The position numbers were made by a program, and so were the translations under genes. Below the pieces are notes generated by a model that ran no database searches, had not been told where the DNA came from, and was given only the letters and a program-made list of their open reading frames with translations. Positions 40,900 through 55,700 of a stretch of DNA of 64,000 bases are shown one piece after another (the first letter of the stretch is position 1; each line of letters starts with the position of its first letter). This stretch comes from Leptogorgia sarmentosa (Eukaryota), in NCBI GenBank assembly GCA_964658305.1, contig OZ210884.1, positions 2,170,001 through 2,234,000 of the forward strand, written 5' to 3'.

Positions 40900-43800
40900 G
40901 CTCCTGTTGAGATTCCTTTGAAACAACGGGCTACCCATCATCATGCCCTTGCTCGTATTTTTATCACACGTTTACGAAATTTTCGCTGCACATTCCTCTT
41001 GGCATGGTGAATACGCATGGTAAATTTGGTGCCGACACCATTCAAAATGGAAGCCACAGAATCAATCAAGTCCCTTCACCTGGTATGGTATATTTGCTAT
41101 TGCTATTGCTCCTGTTGAGATTCCTTTGAAACAACGGGCTACCCATCATCATGCCCTTGCTCGTATTTTTATCACAGGTTTACGAAATTTTCGCTGCACA
41201 TTGCTCTTGGCAGAGTGAATACGCATGGTAAATTTGGTGGCGACACCATTCAAAATGGAAGCCACAGAAGCAGTCAAGTCCCTTCACTTGGTATGGTATA
41301 TTTGCTATTGCTATTGCTCCTGTTGAGATTCCTTTGAAACAACGGGCTGCCCATCATCATGCCCTTGCTCGTATTTTTATCACAGGTTTACGAAATTTTC
41401 GCTGCACATTGCTCTTTGCATGGTGAATACGCATAGTAAATTTGGTGGCGACACCATTCAAAATGGAAGCCACTGAAGCAATCAAGTCCCTTCACCTGGT
41501 ATGGTATATTTGCCATTGCTATTGCTCCTGTTGAGATTCCTTTGAAACAACGGGCTACCCATCATCATGCCCTTGCTCGTGTTTTTATTACAGGTTTACG
41601 AAATTTTCGCTGCACATTGCTCTTGGCATGGTGAATACGCATGGTAAACTTAGTGGCGACACCATTCAAAATGGAAGCCACAGATGCAATCAAGTCCCTT
41701 AACCTGGTATGGTATATTTGCTATTGCTATTGCTCCTGTTGAGATTCCTTTGAAACAACGGGCTACCCATCATCATGCCTTTGCTCGTATTTTCATCACA
41801 GGTTTACGAAATTTTCGCTGCACATTGCTCTTGGCATGGTGAATACGCATGGTAAATTTGGTGGCGACACCATTCAAAATGGAAGCCACAGAAGCAATCA
41901 ATTCCCTTCACCTGGTATGGTATATTTGCTATTGCTATTGCTCCTGTTGAGATTCCTTTTAAACAACGGCTACCCATCATCATGCCCTTGCTCGTATTTT
42001 TATCACACGTTTACGAAATTTTCGCTGCACATTCCTCTTGGCATGGTGAATACGCATGGTAAATTTGGTGGCGACACCATTCAAAATGGAAGCCACAGAA
42101 GCAGTCAAGTCCCTTCACTTGGTATGGTATATTTGCTATTGCTATTGCTCCTGTTGAGATTCCTTTGAAACAACGGGCTGCCCATCATCATGCCCTTGCT
42201 CGTATTTTTATCACAGGTTTACGAAATTTTCGCTGCACATTGCTCTTTGCATGGTGAATACGCATAGTAAATTTGGTGGCGACACCATTCAAAATGGAAG
42301 CCACTGAAGCAATCAAGTCCCTTCACCTGGTATGGTATATTTGCCATTGCTATTGCTCCTGTTGAGATTCCTTTGAAACAACGGGCTACCCATCATCATG
42401 CCCTTGCTCGTGTTTTTATCACAGGTTTACGAAATTTTCGCTGCACATTGCTCTTGGCATGATGAATACGCATGGTAAACTTAGTGGCGACACCATTCAA
42501 AATGGAAGCCACAGATGCAATCAAGTCCCTTAACCTGGTATGGTATATTTGCTATTGCTATTGCTCCTGTTGAGATTCCTTTGAAACAACGGGCTACCCA
42601 TCATCATGCCTTTGCTCGTATTTTCATCACAGGTTTACGAAATTTTCGCTGCACATTGCTCTTGGCATGGTGAATACGCATGGTAAATTTGGTGGCGACA
42701 CCATTCAAAATGGAAGCCACAGAAGCAATCAATTCCCTTCATCTGGTATGGTATATTTGCTATTGCTATTGCTCCTGTTGAGATTCCTTTTAAACAACGG
42801 CTACCCATCATCATGCCCTTGCTCGTATTTTTATCACACGTTTACGAAATTTTCGCTGCACATTCCTCTTGGCATGGTGAATACGCATGGTAAATTTGGT
42901 GCCGACACCATTCAAAATGGAAGCCACAGAATCAATCAAGTCCCTTCACCTGGTATGGTATATTTGCTATTGCTATTGCTCCTGTTGAGATTCCTTTGAA
43001 ACAACGGGCTACCCATCATCATGCCCTTGCTCGTATTTTTATCACAGGTTTACGAAATTTTCGCTGCACATTGCTCTTGGCAGAGTGAATACGCATGGTA
43101 AATTTGGTGGCGACACCATTCAAAATGGAAGCCACAGAAGCAGTCAAGTCCCTTCACTTGGTATGGTATATTTGCTATTGCTATTGCTCCTGTTGAGATT
43201 CCTTTGAAACAACGGGCTGCCCATCATCATGCCCTTGCTCGTATTTTTATCACAGGTTTACGAAATTTTCGCTGCACATTGCTCTTGGCAGAGTGAATAC
43301 GCATGGTAAATTTGGTGGCGACACCATTCAAAATGGAAGCCACAGAAGCAGTCAAGTCCCTTCACTTGGTATGGTATATTTGCTATTGCTATTGCTCCTG
43401 TTGAGATTCCTTTGAAACAACGGGCTGCCCATCATCATGCCCTTGCTCGTATTTTTATCACAGGTTTACGAAATTTTCGCTGCACATTGCTCTTTGCATG
43501 GTGAATACGCATAGTAAATTTGGTGGCGACACCATTCAAAATGGAAGCCACTGAAGCAATCAAGTCCCTTCACCTGGTATGGTATATTTGCCATTGCTAT
43601 TGCTCCTGTTGAGATTCCTTTGAAACAACGGGCTACCCATCATCATGCCCTTGCTCGTGTTTTTATCACAGGTTTACGAAATTTTCGCTGCACATTGCTC
43701 TTGGCATGGTGAATACGCATGGTAAACTTAGTGGCGACACCATTCAAAATGGAAGCCACAGATGCAATCAAGTCCCTTAACCTGGTATGGTATATTTGCT

Positions 43801-44620
43801 ATTGCTATTGCTCCTGTTGAGATTCCTTTGAAACAACGGGCTACCCATCATCATGCCTTTGCTCGTATTTTCATCACAGGTTTACGAAATTTTCGCTGCA
43901 CATTGCTCTTGGCATGGTGAATACGCATGGTAAATTTGGTGGCGACACCATTCAAAATGGAAGCCACAGAAGCAATCAATTCCCTTCACCTGGTATGGTA
44001 TATTTGCTATTGCTATTGCTCCTGTTGAGATTCCTTTTAAACAACGGCTACCCATCATCATGCCCTTGCTCGTATTTTTATCACACGTTTACGAAATTTT
44101 CGCTGCACATTCCTCTTGGCATGGTGAATACGCATGGTAAATTTGGTGCCGACACCATTCAAAATGGAAGCCACAGAATCAATCAAGTCCCTTCACCTGG
44201 TATGGTATATTTGCTATTGCTATTGCTCCTGTTGAGATTCCTTTGAAACAACGGGCTGCCCATCATCATGCCCTTGCTCGTATTTTTATCACAGGTTTAC
44301 GAAATTTTCGCTGCACATTGCTCTTTGCATGGTGAATACGCATAGTAAATTTGGTGGCGACACCATTCAAAATGGAAGCCACTGAAGCAATCAAGTCCCT
44401 TCACCTGGTATGGTATATTTGCCATTGCTATTGCTCCTGTTGAGATTCCTTTGAAACAACGGGCTACCCATCATCATGCCCTTGCTCGTGTTTTTATCAC
44501 AGGTTTACGAAATTTTCGCTGCACATTGCTCTTGGCATGGTGAATACGCATGGTAAATTTGGTGGCGACACCATTCAAAATGGAAGCCACAGAAGCAGTC
44601 AAGTCCCTTCACTTGGTATG
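40900..44620. repeat. Irregular 4- to 6-monomer HOR domain
   Basis: Diagnostic GCAGTCAAG, CACTTGG, GGGCTGCCC, CATAGTAA, AAACTTAG, CAATTCC, TTTTAAACAACGGCT; ORFs at 41836, 42667 (+831), 43914 (+1247). Confidence 0.8.
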
Positions 44621-47600
44621 GTATATTTGCTATTGCTATTCCTCCTGTTGAGATTCCTTTGAAACAACGCGCTACCCATCATCATGCCCTTGCTCGTATT
44701 TTTATCACAGGTTTACGAAATTTCCGCTGCACATTGCTCTTGCCATGGTGAATACGCATGGTAAATTTGGTGGCGACACCCTTCAAAATGGAAGCCACAG
44801 AAGCAATCAAGTCCCTTCACCTGGTATGGTATATTTGCTATTGCTATTGCTCCTGTTGAGATTCCTTTGAAACAACGGGCTACCCATCATCATGCCCTTG
44901 CTTGTATTTTTATCACAGGTTTACGAAATTTTCGCTGCACATTGCTCTTGGCATGGTGAATACGCATGGTAAATTTGGTGGCGACACCATTCAAAATGGA
45001 AGCCACAGAAGCAATCAAGTCCCTTCACCTGGTATGGTATATTTGCTATTGCTATTCCTCCTGTTGAGATTCCTTTGAAACAACGGGCTACCCATCATCA
45101 TGCCCTTGCTCGTATTTTTATCACAGGTTTACGAAATTTCCGCTGCACATTGCTCTTGCCATGGTGAATACGCATGGTAAATTTGGTGGCGACACCATTC
45201 AAAATGGAAGCCACAGAAGCAATCAAGTCCCTTCACCTGGTATGGTATATTTGCTATTGCTATTGCTCCTGTTGAGATTCCTTTGAAACAACGGGCTACC
45301 CATCATCATGCCCTTGCTCGTATTTTTATCACAGGTTTACGACATTTCCGCTGCACATTGCTCTTGCCATGGTGAATACGCATGGTAAATTTGGTGGCGA
45401 CACCATTCAAAATGGAAGCCACAGAAGCAATCAAGTCCCTTCACCTGGTATGGTATATTTGCTATTGCTATTGCTCCTGTTGAGATTCCTTTGAAACAAC
45501 GGGCTATCCATCATCATGCCCTTGCTCGTATTTTTATCACAGGTTTACGAAATTTTCGCTGCACATTGCTCTTGGCATGGTAAATACGCATGGTAAATTT
45601 GGTGGCGACACCATTCAAAATGGAAGCCACAGAAGCAATCAAGTCCCTTCACCTGGTATGGTATATTTGCTATTGCTATTCCTCCTGTTGAGATTCCTTT
45701 GAAACAACGGGCTACCCATCATCATGCCCTTGCTCGTATTTTTATCACATGTTTACGAAATTTTCGCGGCACATTGCTCTTAGCATGGTGAAAACGCATG
45801 GTAAATTTGGTGGTGACACCATTCAAAATGGAAGCCACAGAAGCAACCAAGTCCCTTCACCTGGTATGGTATATTTGCTATTGCTATTGCTCCTGTTGAG
45901 ATTCCTTTGAAACAACGGGCTACCCATCATCATGCCCTTGCTCGAATTTTTATCACAGGTTTACGAAATTTTCGCTGCACATTCCTCTTGGCATGGTGAA
46001 TACGCATGGTAAATTTGGTGGCGACACCATTCAAAATGGAAGCCACAGAAGCAATCAAGTCCCTTCACCTGGTATGGTATATTTGCTATTGCTATTCCTC
46101 CTGTTGAGATTCCTTTGAAACAACGGGCTACCCATCATCATGCCCTTGCTCGTATTTTTATCACAGGTTTACGAAATTTTCGCGGCACATTGCTCTTGGC
46201 ATGGTGAAAACGCATGGTAAATTTGGTGGTGACACCATTCAAAATGGAAGCCACAGAAGCAATCAAGTCCCTTCACCTGGTATGGTATATTTGCTATTGC
46301 TATTGCTCCTGTTGAGATTCCTTTGAAACAACGGGCTACCCATCATCATGCCCTTGCTCGTATTTTTATCACACGTTTACGAAATTTTCGCTGCACATTG
46401 CTCTTGGCATGGTGAATACGCAAGGTAAATTTGGTGGCGACACCATTCAAAATGGAAGCCACAGATGCAATCAAGTCCCTTCACCTGGTATGGTATATTT
46501 GCTATTGCTCCTGTTGAGATTCCTTTGAAACAACGGGCTACCCATCATCATTCCCTTGCTCGTATTTTTATCACAGGTTTACGAAATTTTCGCTGCACAT
46601 TGCTCTTGGCATGGTGAATACGCATGGTAAATTTGGAGGCGACACCATTTAAAATGGAAGCCACAGAAGCAATCAAGTCCCTTCACCTGGTATGGTATAT
46701 TTGCTATTGCTATTGCTCCTGTTGAGATTCCTTTGAAACAACGGGCTACCCATCATCATGCCCTTGCTCGTATTTTCATCACAGGTTTACGAAATTTTCG
46801 CTGCACATTGCTCTTGGGATGGTTAATACGCATGGAAAATTTGGTGGCGACACCATTCAAAATGGAAGCCACAGAAGCAATCAAGTCCCTTCACCTGGTA
46901 TGGTATATTTGCTATTGCTATTGCTCCTGTTGAGATTCCTTTGAAACAACGGGGTACCCATCATCATGCCCTTGCTCGTATTTTTATCACAGGTTTACGA
47001 AATTTTCGCTGCACATTGCTCTTGGCATGGTGAATACGCATGGTAAATTTGGTGGCGACACCATTCAAAATGGAAGCCACAGAAGCAATCAAGTCCCTTC
47101 ACCTGGTATGGTATATTTGCTATTCCTATTGCTCCTGTTGAGATTCCTTTGAAACAACGGGCTACCCATCATCATGCCCTTGCTCGTATTTTTATCACAG
47201 GTTTACGAAATTTTCGCTGCACATTGCTCTTGGCATGGTGAATACGCATGGTAAATTTGGTGGCGACACCATTAAAATGGAAGCCACAGAAGCAATCAAG
47301 TCCCTTCACCTGGAATGGTATATTTGCTATTGCTATTGCTCCTGTTGAGATTCCTTTGAAACAACGGGCTACCCGTCATCATGCCCTTGCTCGTATTTTT
47401 ATCACAGGTTTACGAAATTTTCGCTGCACATTGCTCTTGGCATGGTGAATAGGCATGGTAAATTTGGTGGCGACACCATTCAAAGTGGTAGCCACAGAAG
47501 CAATCAAGTCCCTTCACCTGGTATGGTATATTTGCTATTGCTATTGCTCCTGTTGAGATTCCTTTGAAACAACGGGCTACCCATCATCATGCCCTTGCTC

Positions 47601-49789
47601 GTATTTTTATCCCAGGTTTACGAAATTTTCGCTGCACATTGCTGTTGGCATGGCGAATAAGCATGGTAAATTTGGTGGCGACACCATTCAAAATGGAAGC
47701 CACAGAAGCAATCAATGTAAGTCCCTTCACCTGGTATGGTATATTTGCTATCGCTATTGCTCCTGTTGAGATTCCTTTGAAACAACGGGCTACCCATCAT
47801 CATGCCCTTGCTCGTATTTTTATCACAGGTTTACGAAATTTTCGCTGCACATTGCTCTTGGCATGGTGAATACGCAAAGTAAATTTGGTGGCGACACCAT
47901 TCAAAATGGAAGCCACAGATGCAATCAAGTCCCTTCACCTGGTATGGTATATTTGCTATTGCTCCTGTTGAGATTCCTTTGCAACAACGGGCTACCCATC
48001 ATCATGCCCTTGCTCGTATTTTTATCACAGGTTTACGAAATTTTCGCTGCACATTGCTCTTGGCATGGTGAATACGCATGGTAAATTTGGTGGCGACACC
48101 ATTCAAAATGGAAGCCACAGAAGCAATCAAGTCCCTTCACCTGGTATGGTATATTTGCTATTGCTATTGCTCCTGTTGAGATTCCTTTGAAACAACGGGC
48201 TACCCATCATCATGCCCTTGCTCGTATTTTTATCACAGGTTTACGAAATTTTCGCTGCACATTGCTCTTGGCATGGTGAATACGCATGGTAAATTTGGTG
48301 GCGACACCATTCAAAATGGAAGCCACAGAAGCAATCAAGTCCCTTCACCTGGTATGGTATATTTGCTATTCCTATTGCTCCTGTTGAGATTCCTTTGAAA
48401 CAACGGGCTACCCATCATCATGCCCTTGCTCGTATTTTTATCACAGGTTTACGAAATTTTCGCTGCACATTGCTCTTGGCATGGTGAATACGCATGGTAA
48501 ATTTGGTGGCGACACCATTAAAATGGAAGCCACAGAAGCAATCAAGTCCCTTCACCTGGAATGGTATATTTGCTATTGCTATTGCTCCTGTTGAGATTCC
48601 TTTGAAACAACGGGCTACCCGTCATCATGCCCTTGCTCGTATTTTTATCACAGGTTTACGAAATTTTCGCTGCACATTGCTCTTGGCATGGTGAATACGC
48701 ATGGTAAATTTGGTGGCGACACCATTAAAATAGAAGCCACAGAAGCAATCAAGTCCCTTCACCTGGAATGGTATATTTGCTATTGCTATTGCTCCTGTTG
48801 AGATTCCTTTGAAACAACGGGCTACCCGTCATCATGCCCTTGCTCGTATTTTTATCACAGGTTTACGAAATTTTTGCTGCACATTGCTCTTGGCATGGTG
48901 AATACGCATGGTAAATTTGGTGGCGACACCATTCAAAATGGAAGCCACAGAAGCAATCAAGTCCCTTCACCTGGTATGGTATATTTGCTATTGCTATTGC
49001 TCCTGTTGAGATTCCTTTGAAACAACGGGCTACCCATCATCATGCCCTTGCTCGTATTTTTATCACAGGTTTACGAAATTTTCGCTGCACATTGCTCTTG
49101 GCATGTTGAATATGCATGGTAAATTTGGTGGCGACACCATTCAAAATGGAAGCCACAGAAGCAATCAAGTCCCTTCACCTGGTATGGTATATTTGCTATT
49201 GCTATTGCTCCTGTTGAGATTCCTTTGAAACAACGGGCTACCCATCATCATGCCCTTGCTCGTATTTTTATCACAGGTTTACGAAATTTTCGCTGCACAT
49301 TGCTCTTGGCATGGTGAATATGCATGGTAAATTTGGTGGCGACACCATTCAAAATGGAAGCCACAGAAGCAGTCAAGTCCCTTCACCTGGTATGGTATAT
49401 TTGCTATTGCTATTGCTCCTGTTGAGATTCTTTTGAAACAACGGGCTACCCATCATCATGCCCTTGCTCGTATTTTTATCACAGGTTTACGAAATTTTCG
49501 CTGCACATTGCTCTTGGCATGTTGAATATGCATGGTAAATTTGGTGGCGACACCATTCAAAATGGAAGCCACAGAAGCAATCAAGTCCCTTCACCTGGTA
49601 TGGTATATTTGCTATTGCTATTGCTCCTGTTGAGATTCCTTTGAAACAACGGGCTACCCATCATCATGCGCTTGCTCGTATTTTTATCACAGGTTTACGA
49701 AATTTTCGCTGCACATTGCTCTTGGCATGGTGAATAGGCATGGTAAATTTGGTGGCGACACCATTCAAAATGGAATCCACAGAAGCAAT

Positions 49790-52700
49790 CAAGTCCCTTC
49801 ACCTGGTATGGTATATTTGCTATTCCTATTGCTCCTGTTGAGATTCCTTTGAAACAACGGGCTACCCATCATCATGCCCTTGCTCGTATTTTTATCACAG
49901 GTTTACGAAATTTTCGCTGCACATTGCTCTTGGCATGGTGAATACGCATGGTAAATTTGGTGGCGACACCATTAAAACGGAAGCCACAGAAGCAATCAAG
50001 TCCCTTCATCTGGAATGGTATATTTGCTATTGCTATTGCTCCTGTTGAGATTCCTTTGAAACAACGGGCTACCCGTCATCATGCCCTTGCTCGTATTTTT
50101 ATCACAGGTTTACGAAATTTTCACTGCACATTGCTCTTGGCATGGTGAATACGCATGGTAAATTTGGTGGCGACACCATTCAAAATGGAAGCCACAGAAG
50201 CAATCAAGTCCCTTCCCCTGGTATGGTATATTTGCTATTGCTATTGCTCCTGTTGAGATTCCTTTGAAACAACGGGCTACCCATCATCATGCCCTTGCTC
50301 GTATTTTTATCACAGGTTTACGAAATTTTCGCTGTACATTGCTCTTGGCATGGTGAATACGCATGGTAAATTTGGTGGCGACACCATTCAAAATGGAAGC
50401 CACAGAAGCAATCAAGTCCCTTCAGCTGGTATGGTATATTTGCTATTGCTATTGCTCCTGTTGAGATTCCTTTGAAACAACGGGCTACCCATCATCATGC
50501 CCTTGCTCGTATTTTTATCACAGGTTTCCGAAATTTTCGCTGCACATTGCTCTTGGCATGGTGAATACGCATGGTAAATTTGGTGGCGACACCATTCAAA
50601 ATGGAAGCCACAGAAGCAATCAAGTCCCTTCCCCTGGTATGGTATATTTGCTATTGCTATTGCTCCTGTTGAGATTCCTTTGAAACAACGGGCTACCCAT
50701 CATCATGCCCTTGCTCGTATTTTTATCACAGGTTTACGAAATTTTCGCTGCACATTGCTCTTGGCATGGTAAATACGCATGGTAAATTTGGTGGCGACAC
50801 CATTCAAAATGGAAGCCACAGAAGCAATCAAGTCCCTTCAGCTGGTATGGTATATTTGCTATTGCTATTGCTCCTGTTGAGATTCCTTTGAAACAACGGG
50901 CTACCCATCATCATGCCCTTGCTCGAATTTTTATCACAGGTTTACGAAATTTTCGCTGCACATTGCTCTTGGCATGGTCAATACGCATGGTAAATTTGGT
51001 GGCGACACCATTCAAAATGGAAGCCACAGAAGCAATCAAGTCCCTTCACCTGGTATGGTATATTTGCTATTCCTATTGCTCCTGTTGAGATTCCTTTGAA
51101 ACAACGGGCTACCCATCATCATGCCCTTGCTCGTATTTTTATCACAGGTTTACGAAATTTTCGCTGCACATTGCTCTTGGCATGGTGAATACGCATGGTA
51201 AATTTGGTGGCGACACCATTCAAAATGGAAGCCACAGAAGCAATCAAGTCCCTTCACCTGGTATGGTATATTTGCTATTGCTATTGCTCCTGTTGAGATT
51301 CCTTTGAAACAACGGGCTACCCATCGTCATGCCCTTGCTCGTATTTTTATCACAGGTTTACGAAATTTTGGCTGCACATTGCTCTTGGCATGGTGAATAC
51401 GCATGGTAAATTTGGCGGCGACGCCATTAAAATGGAAGCCACAGAAGCAATCAAGTCCCTTCACCTGGAATGGTATATTTGCTATTCCTATTGCTCCTGT
51501 TGAGATTCCTTTGAAACAACGGGCTACCCATCATCATGCCCTTGCTCGTATTTTTATCACAGGTTTACGAAATTTTCGCTGCACATTGCTCTTGGCATGG
51601 TGAATACGCATGGTAAATTTGGTGGCGACACCATTCAAAATGGAAGCCACAGAAGCAATCAAGTCCCTTCACCTGGTATGGTATATTTGCTATTGCTATT
51701 GCTCCTGTTGAGATTCCTTTGAAACAACGGGCTACCCATGATCATGCCCTTGCTCGTATTTTTATCACAGTTTTACGAAATTTTCGCTGCACATTGCTCT
51801 TGGCATGGTGAATACGCATGGTAAATTTGGTGGCGACACCATTCAAAATGGAAGCCACAGAAGCAATCAAGTCCCTTCACCTGGTATGGTATATTTGCTA
51901 TTGCTATTGCTCCTGTTGAGATTCCTTTGAAACAACGGGCTACCCATCATCATGCCCTTGCTCGTATTTTTATCGCAGGTTACAAATTTTCGCTGCACAT
52001 TGCTATTGGCATGGTGAATACGCATGGTAAATTTAGTGGCGACACCATTCAAAATGGAAGCCACAGAAGCAATCAAGTCCCTTCACCTGGTATGGTATAT
52101 TTGCTATTGCTATTGCTCCTGTTGAGATTCCTTTGAAACAACGGGCTACCCATCATCATGCCCTTGCTCGTATTTTTATCACAGGTTTACGAAATTTTCG
52201 CTGCACATTGCTCTTGGCATGGTGAATACGCATGGTAAATTTGGTCGCGACACCATTCGAAATGGAAGCCACAGAAGCAATCAAGTCCCTTCCCCTGGTA
52301 TGGTATATTTGCTATTGCTATTGCTCCTGTTGAGATTCCTTTGAAACAACGGGCTACCCATCATCATGCCCTTGCTCGTATTTTTATTACAGGTTTACGA
52401 AATTTTCGCTGCACATTGTTCTTGGCATGGTGAATACGCATGGTAAATTTGGTGGCGACACCATTCAAAATAGAAGCCACAGAAGCAATCAAGTCCCTTC
52501 ACCTGGTATGGTATATTTGCTATTGCTATTGCTCCTGTTGAGATTCCTTTGAAACAACGGGCTACCCATCATCATGCCCTTGCTCGTATTTTTATCACAG
52601 GTTTACGAAATTTTCGCTGCACATTGCTCTTGGCATGGTGAATAGGCATGGTAAATTTAGTGCCGACACCATTCAAAATGGAAGCCACAGAAGCAATCAA

Positions 52701-55700
52701 GTCCCTTCACCTGGTATGGTATATTTGCTATTGCTATTGCTCCTGTTGAGATTCCTTTGAAACAACGGGCTACCCATCATCATGCCCTTGCTCGTATTTT
52801 TATCACAGTTTTACGACATTTTCGCTGCACATTGCTCTTGGCATGGTGAATACGCATGGTAAATTTGGTGGCGACACCATTCAAAATGGAAGCCACAGAA
52901 GCAATCAAGTCCCTTCACCTGGCATGGTATATTTGCTATTACTATTGCTCCTGTTGAGATTCCTTTGAAACAACGGGCTACCCATCATCATGCCCTTGCT
53001 CGTATTTTTATCACAGGTTTACGAAATTTTCGCTGCACATTGCTCTTGGCATGGTGAATACGCATGGAAAATGTGGTGGCGAAACCATTCAAAATGGAAG
53101 CCACAGAAGCAATCAAGTCCCTTCACCTGGTATGGTATATTTGCTATTGCTATTGCTCCTGTTGAGATTCCTTTGAAACCACGGGCTACCCATCATCATG
53201 CCCTTGCTCGTATTTTTATCACAGGTTTACGAAATTTTCGCTGCACATTGCTCTTGGCATGGTGAATACGCATGGTAAATTTGGTGGCGACACCATTCAA
53301 AATGGAAGCCACAGAAGCAATCAAGTCCCTTCACCTGGTATGGTATATTTGCTATTGCTATTGCTCCTGTTGAGATTCCTTTGAAACAACGGGCTACCCA
53401 TCATCATGCCCTTGCTCGTATTTTTATCACAGGTTTACGAAATTTTCGCTGCACATTGCTCTTGGCATGGTGAATACGCATGGTAAATTTTGTGCCGACA
53501 CCATTCAATGTGGAAGCCACAGAAGCAATCAAGTCCCTTCACCTGGTATGGTATATTTGCTATTCCTATTGCTCCTGTTGAGATTCCTTTGAAACAACGG
53601 GCTACCCATCATCATGCCCTTGCTCGTATTTTTATCACAGGTTTACGAAATTTTCGCTGCACATTGCTCTTGGCATGGTGAATACGCATGGTAAATTTGG
53701 TGGCGACAACATTAAAACGGAAGCCACAGAAGCAATCAAGTCCCTTCATCTGGAATGGTATATTTGCTATTGCTATTGCTCCTGTTGAGATTCCTTTGAA
53801 ACAACGGGCTACCCGTCATCATGCCCTTGCTCGTATTTTTATCACAGGTTTACGAAATTTTCACTGCACATTGCTCTTGGCATGGTGAATACGCATGGTA
53901 AATTTGGTGGCGACACCATTCAAAATGGAAGCCACAGAAGCAATCAAGTCCCTTCCCCTGGTATGGTATATTTGCTATTGCTATTGCTCCTGTTGAGATT
54001 CCTTTGAAACAACGGGCTACCCATCATCATGCCCTTGCTCGTATTTTTATCACAGGTTTACGAAATTTTCGCTGTACATTGCTCTTGGCATGGTGAATAC
54101 GCATGGTAAATTTGGTGGCGACACCATTCAAAATGGAAGCCACAGAAGCAATCAAGTCCCTTCAGCTGGTATGGTATATTTGCTATTGCTATTGCTCCTG
54201 TTGAGATTCCTTTGAAACAACGGGCTACCCATCATCATGCCCTTGCTCGTATTTTTATCACAGGTTTACGAAATTTTCGCTGCACATTGCTCTTGGCATG
54301 GTGAATACGCATGGTAAATTTGGTGGCGACACCATTCAAAATGGAAGCCACAGAAGCAATCAAGTCCCTTCCCCTGGTATGGTATATTTGCTATTGCTAT
54401 TGCTCCTGTTGAGATTCCTTTGAAACAACGGGCTACCCATCATCATGCCCTTGCTCGTATTTTTATCACAGGTTTACGAAATTTTCGCTGCACATTGCTC
54501 TTGGCATGGTGAATACGCATGGTAAATTTGGTGGCGACACCATTCAAAATGGAAGCCACAGAAGCAATCAAGTCCCTTCAGCTGGTATGGTATATTTGCT
54601 ATTGCTATTGCTCCTGTTGAGATTCCTTTGAAACAACGGGCTACCCATCATCATGCCCTTGCTCGAATTTTTATCACAGGTTTACGAACTTTTCGCTGCA
54701 CATTGCTCTTGGCATGGTCAATACGCATGGTAAATTTGGTGGCGACACCATTCAAAATGGAAGCCACAGAAGCAATCAAGTCCCTTCACCTGGTATGGTA
54801 TATTTGCTATTCCTATTGCTCCTGTTGAGATTCCTTTGAAACAACGGGCTACCCATCATCATGCCCTTGCTCGTATTTTTATCACAGGTTTACGAAATTT
54901 TCGCTGCACATTGCTCTTGGCATGGTGAATACGCATGGTAAATTTGGTGGCGACACCATTCAAAATGGAAGCCACAGAAGCAATCAAGTCCCTTCACCTG
55001 GTATGGTATATTTGCTATTGCTATTGCTCCTGTTGAGATTCCTTTGAAACAACGGGCTACCCATCGTCATGCCCTTGCTCGTATTTTTATCACAGGTTTA
55101 CGAAATTTTGGCTGCACATTGCTCTTGGCATGGTGAATACGCATGGTAAATTTGGCGGCGACGCCATTAAAATGGAAGCCACAGAAGCAATCAAGTCCCT
55201 TCACCTGGAATGGTATATTTGCTATTCCTATTGCTCCTGTTGAGATTCCTTTGAAACAACGGGCTACCCATCATCATGCCCTTGCTCGTATTTTTATCAC
55301 AGGTTTACGAAATTTTCGCTGCACATTGCTCTTGGCATGGTGAATACGCATGGTAAATTTGGTGGCGACACCATTCAAAATGGAAGCCACAGAAGCAATC
55401 AAGTCCCTTCACCTGGTATGGTATATTTGCTATTGCTATTGCTCCTGTTGAGATTCCTTTGAAACAACGGGCTACCCATGATCATGCCCTTGCTCGTATT
55501 TTTATCACAGTTTTACGAAATTTTCGCTGCACATTGCTCTTGGCATGGTGAATACGCATGGTAAATTTGGTGGCGACACCATTCAAAATGGAAGCCACAG
55601 AAGCAATCAAGTCCCTTCACCTGGTATGGTATATTTGCTATTGCTATTGCTCCTGTTGAGATTCCTTTGAAACAACGGGCTACCCATCATCATGCCCTTG

